Shown here: positions 56,486 through 64,000 of the stretch, in pieces | Layout of the letters: each line of letters starts with the position of its first letter | Position numbering within the stretch: position 1 is the first letter of the stretch | Origin: Selaginella moellendorffii | Taxonomy: Eukaryota > Plantae > Lycopodiophyta | Assembly: GCF_000143415.4 (NCBI RefSeq) | Contig: NW_003314382.1 | Span: forward strand, 150,210-214,209 | Direction: 5' to 3' | DNA: 64,000 nt | The notes under the pieces: model-generated | Told to the model about the DNA's origin: nothing | Databases searched by the model: none | The model's input: only the letters and a program-made list of their open reading frames with translations | Made by a program: the position numbers and the translations under genes

Positions 56486-57673
56486 ACGGTGCAACAAGAT
56501 GTTCCACATAAGATTACATAAATAATGCTCTTGAGGCCTGGAATGCTCTCTTTTTTTTCCCATGCTGCCTTTCCCAAGTTCCAATTTCCAAACCATCCCA
56601 TGGAATGAGTTCCTAGCTTGCCATTGCATGCAGTGTTGCTGCAACTACAGCCCTTATAATCTGCTCTTTGTTGTTCTGGGCTCTTATTCAAAAACAAAGA
56701 TGCAGAAACGAGATGCGCAGGGCCCTCCACAAAGAGTCAGAATACTGCAATTAGACGTCGGGGAGACGCAGTTTTAGCCAAAGTTCAAGCATTTTGTGCG
56801 TTTCATTTTACAAGTTGCAAGTTATGATTTTAAAAGCCAACACTCCATTTCCAGGTGGAGTGCAATTTGTAAACCCCCTTTTCCATGGTGAAAAAGTCAC
56901 GCGGTTTACAAATTGCATACACTGGCACTCGGAAGTCGAAACTTCAGTCGAGGTCTTACCTACCTGCACGGAAAACAGACTTAAAAGATCAAGCCACAAA
57001 GCTGTATATCCCATACTCTAAATTCATACTAAAGGTTATAAACTAAAATATTATTAACTACTACAATTGTCTCCCGTCAATTTTCCTGCGTTTAACAGTG
57101 TTACAAGCAACACAAGAACACTGGGGTGAGAAAGATGCCATTGGAAATTGCTGTATCAAGGATGAATCGCCCATCCAATACCACCGTGGCGAGTGGCAAC
57201 TTTATCCCCTTGAGCAGCAATGACTCGCCTCCCACAATTGACATCCAAAGCTTTGACGAGATGGCACCTCTGACGTTCTTCTATGATCTATGTTGACCTG
57301 GTTTTCACAGGACCCGCATTCTCGAGCCTTACGTTGCTCCTTCCAACAACAGCCACAACATTCCATACTCGAATCCTTTGAGTGTGAGGAACCACACATA
57401 TGATTTCGTGGTCGTCCCACTGGTGAAGCCCATGGACAGCCGTGTCGTCCACTCCCTGGCTGATACCATCCAGCAGTACCCGTTTCGTTCACCACCTCGC
57501 TCCACCAAAAGTAAAAGCTTATACGAATGAATGAAAAATCACCTTTTCCTTTGTTCGAAACCATTCTCCGTCATTTCCTGCTCATTGATCCCACCATGTC
57601 GCTGCACGACGCAAAGATAGCTTAGCAATTTTACATGACAACAGCGCCATTCGTTTTTCCCCTGTCAACTAGT

Positions 57674-59157
57674 TCAGAAAGTGAATACCTTGAAAGAACG
57701 CTCACGGGAAGGTGTGTGTACCATGCGCGGCATCCTTATTTCTGGTCTGCGAGGTCCCCTCCGAGTCGTTCCAATCTTGCTTGTAAACGCGCCATTGGCA
57801 AGCTTATAGAGGTCGGACGGATGCTGAGGTGGGAGCTTTGTTTCTTCGAAGTCCTGCGATGTAGGATTGTTAATCATTTTCTCATAGGTTCTTGCCTGGT
57901 TTGAAGAAAACAACTTTTCTCGCTGCCACAGAAACCTCTGCCGCTCCTCTTCACCAACAGGTTGGAATTTGAGATCACGCTGTGAAAAACTGCCAGGTTC
58001 AATCCCATGCAGAAGCTTCTCAATAATGTCTCTTGCGTCCGTATCGTCCAGATCAGCAAGTGAAGGAGAGTTTTCAATGTTCTCGCGTAGCTGATGGCAG
58101 GCTAATTTTTCAGACAGAGGATACACCTGCGGTCAAACACAAGAGTTTATCTATACCAAAACATGGAAAATAATCAAGTTACCTGAATAATGAAACCTCG
58201 GGCAGTCTTTACAATGTTGTGTTCGTCAAATTTCATAGCTAAGCTAGCTGCTGTATCCATCTGCAAGGATGAAAGACAATGTGTGAAGAAAACAGAGCGA
58301 CCAATCAATATTACCTTCTGGTTTTTCCAAAGAAAATATGCTAAGCTCTCTGCAACTTCACGAGATGGTCCCATCGGGGACCTACAACATGAGAAAGAAC
58401 AGAAGGATAGAAACGAAAATCACTTGCTAGATGGAGCGTACTTACACAAAGGTTCTGTGAGACTTCGATAGGCTTATAGACAGGCGCATGTCACACTCTC
58501 TGACTACCGTGGCCATGATCATCTGAAGATATGACAAATTAAGTTCCATAGTTTTATCAAAGCGGGGACTTACGTTTCCATGAGAACTGTGGCTTAGATT
58601 GTGGACGTGACCCGTCGTGAAACCATCAAATGTAGTGGCCGCATGAACAAATCCAAGACGTCCATCGCATACTGTTGATATCTGACGAAAAACATCATCA
58701 ACTCACCTGCAAACAATGATAGAGAAAGGCAAAACGCATCGCACCGTGATAGCATTCGCGTCGGGAAAAATCGAGCTCAAAAGAACCGATCCCATCATCG
58801 CGTTACCAAGAACGATCGACGACTAAAGGAGAAAAAACAATAACCAATCCAAGAAATGAGCAGGCTCCACATACCATTCGAGAAGTTTGAAGCGTTCTCT
58901 GAGCTTCCCGAACGAGAGCATCGGCTTTGACACTATGAATCTCGATCTAAAATCCTCGTTAGTGTGTTCTTCATTCAATCAATGGTACTGCATACCTCTT
59001 CACTCGAGCTGACGCAGCTAAGAATGTAATCACCACTACCGCTGGAGGAGCAAAAGCCTGCACACAACGTTTGATCCAATCGTCAAGAGTAAAAGCGCTC
59101 GAAGACAAGGAAGCACTCACCCCTTCTCAACGCGAGTAGAGAACGCAACCTGCGCAT
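57674..59157 (-). CDS. Hsp33 (HslO)-like chaperone lacking the C-terminal Zn-binding Cys motif, ~9 exons; may continue by splicing toward ~57200
   Basis: Spliced: MRRLRSLLALRRAVVDYILSCVSSSEEIEIHSVKADALVREAQRTLQTSRMSSIVLGNAMMGSVLLSS...ISTVCDGRLGFVHAATTFDGFTTGHVHN...SREVAESLAYFLWKNQKMDTAASLAM...VKTARGFIIQVYP...LRENIENSP...IIEKLLHG...LKFQ. This is collinear with remembered Hsp33 motifs (DYLV, LV.EAQR, LGR, GEIAEDL.YY, AGGFIIQ.P). Confidence 0.72.
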
Positions 59158-59189
59158 CGCAATATCAAATGGAGACCTAAAACGTGAAT

Positions 59190-59710
59190 ATGCGAGAAGA
59201 AGGTATTTGTGCTCCAATCGATCTTCTCGAGCAGCAAGGCTACCATGCCGATCTCCAGCTCTGCCTCCAGCTCGTCAAATCTTGCGGTCACTCCAGGGAT
59301 CTCTCCCAAGCAAAGAAGCTCCACTCCCAGATCCTTGCAACCAAGCACTCGCGCAATCGGCACCTGGAGAACCTCCTCATCGAGATGTATGGAAAATGCG
59401 GGAGTCTGGAGCGCGCGCGCGCGCTGTTCTTGACGATCTGGAGGAGCCAAACCCCTTCTCCTGGCAGAGCGGGCATCTGGAACAAGCCAAAGAGATCTTC
59501 CAGCGAGATGGCACGGCACAACACCGTCTCCTGGACTGCACTGCTCACCGCGCATTCCCAGAGCGGGACTTTTCAAGAATCCTGGAGCCTGTTCCAATCG
59601 ATGCCCCGGAACAACACCATCGCCTGAAACGCGATGATCGCGATAATCCCTAGCGCGATTGCTCTTCGTCCTGGAATGCGATGCTAACGGCATATTCCAA
59701 GAACGGGCTG
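59190..59710 (+). pseudogene. PPR pseudogene (5' fragment)
   Basis: HLENLLIEMYGKCGS cap followed by a frameshift and early stop. Confidence 0.75.
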
Positions 59711-59719
59711 CATCCTTTT

Positions 59720-61700
59720 GCTACTAACCATGCCTTTTAGTGTTCGATCTCGTTTGACTCCTTGTATTTGAGGTTGTGGATCCACTTACACTTTATAATC
59801 GATGTGCCTGTAGGTATAGACTCCCTAAGAACAAGGCTCCATGCATCATTCTCAAGCTGAGCGTTATACTCGCTTTGCATAGCAGCCTTTCAGTGAAATC
59901 TTTGTGGTCCTCCAAGTACTTCCTGTAAAGTTAGAGGTTCTTGGATAACTTGAGCAACCTAAGCATGATATTGTAGAATATTTCTTGTTGGCTTCTAGGT
60001 TCTGGTTGAGTGATGCTAGGAATCCATTCTCGTTCAAGCTCTATTTGAATAGTTTGTTCAACGTCTTGTTCTTCTATAGAACTTTCAACATAAGAGTACC
60101 TATAGTTAAATCACTATAAGTTGAGGGAAATCTGCTGGCAGTTGTTTTTATCAGTGGAGGTGGTTATGGAGGGAGTGACATCGTTGTTCCTCAAGCTGCC
60201 AAGACACAGTTAGATTGAAGTCTGATAAATACCTAAGTATTAGAACTTCCAATTGAAGTAGAAGTTGAGTATGTAGGGATCATTTCTCTAAAGAGACGAG
60301 TCCTCCAAACTAGGAATTTCTTCTGGCTAAAAACCACACTTGATATCCTTCTTTTGTGGTCTTGCTATAGCCTAGCATCATGTATATAATAGTCCTATCT
60401 TCCCACTTGTTTTGTCTTTGTTCATCAAAGGTATGGGAGTATCCTATACAGCAAAAAGCACGTAAGTAAAAGATGGTTTCATACCTGTCCATAATTCAGA
60501 AGGGGTAGTACATTCTGAATATACTGCAGTATTGACTGCCTCTGCTTATATGAAACATATGCTTTGTGAGAAACATCCAAAATAGTGAGCATCTCTCTCT
60601 ACAACTCCATTTTATTTGTGATCGTATATTTGGAGAGAAACACCTTGAGATGCAAGGATGGTTTGGACCTTTGTAAAAAGTAGTTTTTGGCCTCCATCAA
60701 TATGAAGAATTCAGAGACTATTTGAATGGAATTGTAAAATTTGAGAGGAGTTTATTTTAGGAAGTAAACAAAAGTGTGATGACTGAAGTCATCCACAATT
60801 AGTAAGAAATATTTAGTCTCATTTAAAATCAGATAGACCCTAGATATCTATATGAACTAGTGCTAATAAAAAAGTACCTTGAGTCTTACCTTTTTGGGTT
60901 ATGGCTTCTTCATTTTTGCTTGAAAATATGCATTGCAATCTTCTAGACTTGGTCTTTCCAGTTATGGTATACCATTTAACAGTGCTAGTGTTTGTAACAC
61001 GACAAAAACTTGCATATGTTAATCCATAGTGCCATAATTATAATACAGAATCATTAAATATTGAAATAGTATGAGCTGCCAAAGTATCTAAAGAAACATA
61101 ATAAAGTCCATTTATATATGTAGCCTAAGTTATTTGAGTTTTATTGAAATTGAAATTTGCTCTTGTCCTATGGAAAACCATATAGATTCCTTGTTTTAAA
61201 AGCTTAGAGATATATAAAAGATGACAAATAAGCTTAGGGATATACAAAACATTAGTAATCTTAAGATTTAAAATGGGAAAATAGCTTGTACCAAAAGCAA
61301 TTAATCATAAATCCTCACCACTTTTAGTATTTGTAGACATTGAAAACTTCTTATATTTGCTTTGATAAAAGAGAGTTTTGTCCAATGTTATATGGTGTGT
61401 AGCTTCATATAATTCAAAAACATCTAAGAATTTGGTGGAGCAGTCTCATATGAAATATGTTGTAATGAATGTTATAGGTTTGGATATGTTACAGCCAATT
61501 TTCTAAATTCACAAAGCAATTATAAATGTAAAGGATTAGTTGTCACTTTTATAATAATACACTATAATGAACATGATGATTTTTTGGAAAGTACTTTAAA
61601 CTTTGAGGATTTATCTAGTTTTCATATAGATTATGCTGAGATTGAGAAGTGTCAAAATCTAAGTTGGCTTCTAGATATTATTGGAGAAGTGCTCTGACAT
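59720..61700 (-). mobile_element. Highly degenerate Ty1/Copia retrotransposon relic (protease to integrase region)
   Basis: Minus-strand fragments KYFLLIVDDFSHHTFVYFLK (integrase), LRAFCCIGYSH...KWEDR...MLGYS...GYQVW (integrase C-terminal region) and VLYIPKL (protease region), with many stops. Confidence 0.75.
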
Positions 61701-62579
61701 TCTCGCAACTAAAGCCATATCTCTCTTTCTTTTATTAGTCATTATTATCTTTATGTTTATTTTTAACTTCAAAAATACCACTTAAGCTTGCATAATGATA
61801 AATGTTGGCAATGACTTGGTCAAAACTTGGTCATGTTTGAGTTTCTTGAAGCTTCAACTTGGCCATTTAAAACTTTTCACTCAATAAAAAAATTAATAAA
61901 ACTCTAATAACACTTGAAAAACCCAATTTTATACTTTAAAGTTTATTACTGCGAAGAGTCATTTCTCAATATAATCTTAAACTTTCTCTTGATATTTTTA
62001 CTTACAATTCACCATTTGTAAAAAAAATAGTTATATCTATCATTTATTATTATTTGTAATAAAATTGTTGAAGAGTGTTTTACTTCTAATGAATTAAGAT
62101 ATTTCTTCACCTTGAGAATATTTTTTTAGTGCACTCTCTAAATGAGAATTAATTTTGCAACAATATTCTTTTACTCAAAATCTTTATATTATTTTTGATG
62201 CAATTGTTTTTGCATTTTTACTACATCCTTTAAAGATATCACTGCTAGTGATTGATCTCTTCTAGAAACAATCTTAAAAAATATATTTTTGTTGAGTTTT
62301 ACCTCCATAATTAAAAGCCATTTAAATACATTATTATGCTATAACAAAATCTTAAAGTTTATTATCCTCAAAGCTCAACCATTTTCCCATTCTAATCATT
62401 CTAATATTTACTTGTGTTTGATTTATCTACTTACCTCTATCTTTTTTTGATAGGTAATGACTCATTTGTTAAGCTAATATAAATAATTAAAAAGAATAAC
62501 TCCCTCTTTTTCAATCAATTAAAGTTTATATTTAGTGTCAAAGGGGTCTTTAGTAAGAAAAATCATGTTATATGTTAAG

Positions 62580-62790
62580 ATTGACATTTGGCTAGGGAAA
62601 TCTTATTATATATTGAAATTGACATTTAACAATTCAATCAAAAGAGCGAACCTTTCGGGTCCGACTTTGTTGGTTGGTTAGGGGAATCACATTATATATT
62701 AAATTTGACATTTGGCAATTTAATTAAAAGGTCTCGGGCCCAATTCTGTTGATTGGCTAGGGGAATCATATCACATATTGAGTTTGATAT
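62580..62790. repeat. Degenerate ~85-90-bp tandem repeat
   Basis: Recurring ttggytagggraatc...tatattraaattgacattt units at ~62588, ~62675 and ~62753. Confidence 0.55.
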
Positions 62791-64000
62791 TAAGGGGTGT
62801 AATTAAAAAAATCAAGCTCTCAAGAAAGTTATAGCATCCTTTAGGTTTATTTAAATAATACTAATATTTGGCCCCTCTTTTACCCACTTTACACTTGCAT
62901 TTCATCCCATCTCCGGCAATGAAGGAATTCAAGCAGTGGCAGCAATACAATGAGAAGGGATCCATCCAATTTTCAAAAAGTTCAACGAAGACTGTTTCTG
63001 AGCTGAGCTAAGAAAAGAAATTAAAAAAAATGAGAGAGAAGAGAGGAGTTCAAAAACCCTAGACCAAGTAAGAAATTTGATATAGCTATGGAAATGTTGT
63101 GCCATGAGCTGCAGGAAATCCAAGCCATGGTGCTGGATCGAATGCACTTTGAGACTGCAAGCTCTAAACTTAGTACATGTGGCAAGCTTTGGTTAGACGA
63201 TGCTGATGTAAGTCTCATTAAGCTAGTTCACAACTTGTTGGGCTAACACCTCGCTTGGGCAAAGATGGGCTTGCCCTACCCATGACCCAATCTTCTGCCA
63301 CTTGTTTTCATGATCTTGCTTCTCATGCCAAAGGAAACCCTAAAACAAAAAGAACATTCATTCCTCTCGTACAAGATTTGTATTACACCTTCAAAGTCTC
63401 ACATCTTGATATACATAAGGGGTTCCTAGAATCATGCCACCATGCTCTAGTAACATAGTGATCTGTTCTGACAGCTAGATCCAGGCACCATACTGCCTAC
63501 TGTTTCTAAAAGGACAACAGCCTTCTTTAAGCCTGGTTGAAATGTCACTTCCTTGTCTACTGTATTTTAAGATCCATGCTGCCAGACAAAGTCAGAAAAT
63601 ATCCCTGCATGACAAAGTCAAGATACGGGCTTTCACCATCACTGTTGCAACATCTAGATCATCATCAATCTCCAGCAGTGACTTGAATGCTAGCTGCCCA
63701 ACACCGGTAAAACTGAGACGAAAGTTGAAAGAGGCTGAAAACTTTGTGAAGATGCTATATAGAGCGTTCCAGTTTACCATGTCTTCTCTGGACGTAGAGT
63801 CAAAGACCAACCCCCAGTTCTGGACATGACTCGTGTTTTAGTTACCTATCCCATTGCCAAAGTGGTAAAATCTCCAGGAAGAATATGATCCAAGCCTGGA
63901 ACTCTTTTATTTTTATCGATGATGCTCGAGTCTATATTGTCAACGGTGACAATAAACTCTAAAATACAATTAGCACAAACATCTTATTCACTTCGTTTAG

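Noticed and set aside
58682-58744. Internal tttgcag|gtgagt resembling a recursive splice site in an Hsp33-like intron
   Set aside because: The sub-introns would be only 38 and 25 nt. A single 63-nt intron is the simpler explanation.
62900-64000. Moderately GC-rich region with short ORFs at the window end
   Set aside because: Stops in all frames and no identifiable motif. Possibly a decayed gene or TE.

Overview
Eukaryotic, gene-dense plant nuclear DNA with very short introns (about 43-90 nt) and many intronless PLS-type PPR genes built from 31-aa (SS-like) motifs, which together point to a lycophyte (probably Selaginella; inferred, not verified). About 29 apparently intact genes lie between AT-rich, TE-derived flanks. 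Housekeeping and signalling genes: UBC27-like E2, PRMT3, a J-domain protein, PLATZ, an inositol 5-phosphatase, a CRINKLY4-like receptor kinase, dirigent, rbcS, an alpha-crystallin-domain protein, a SKOR/GORK-type K+ channel and two UGTs. PPR genes: six PLS-E, one P-class and four pseudogenes. Mobile DNA: a 392-bp TRIM and a Copia relic. The most unusual items are: (1) a secreted, prodomain-less, catalytically dead papain domain fused to a LamG/ConA-like domain; (2) a plastid-targeted CBM48 fused to an NdhV/DUF2996-like domain; (3) a multi-exon Hsp33-like gene with no Zn-binding redox cysteines; (4) three tandem single-domain potato type II (Pin-II) protease inhibitors that differ at the P1 residue (Q/G/K); (5) a 20-Cys metallothionein with a triplicated 22-aa module; (6) a tandem duplication resolved by reciprocal pseudogenisation. 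Gene models were spliced by eye and family calls come from motif recognition, not database searches.
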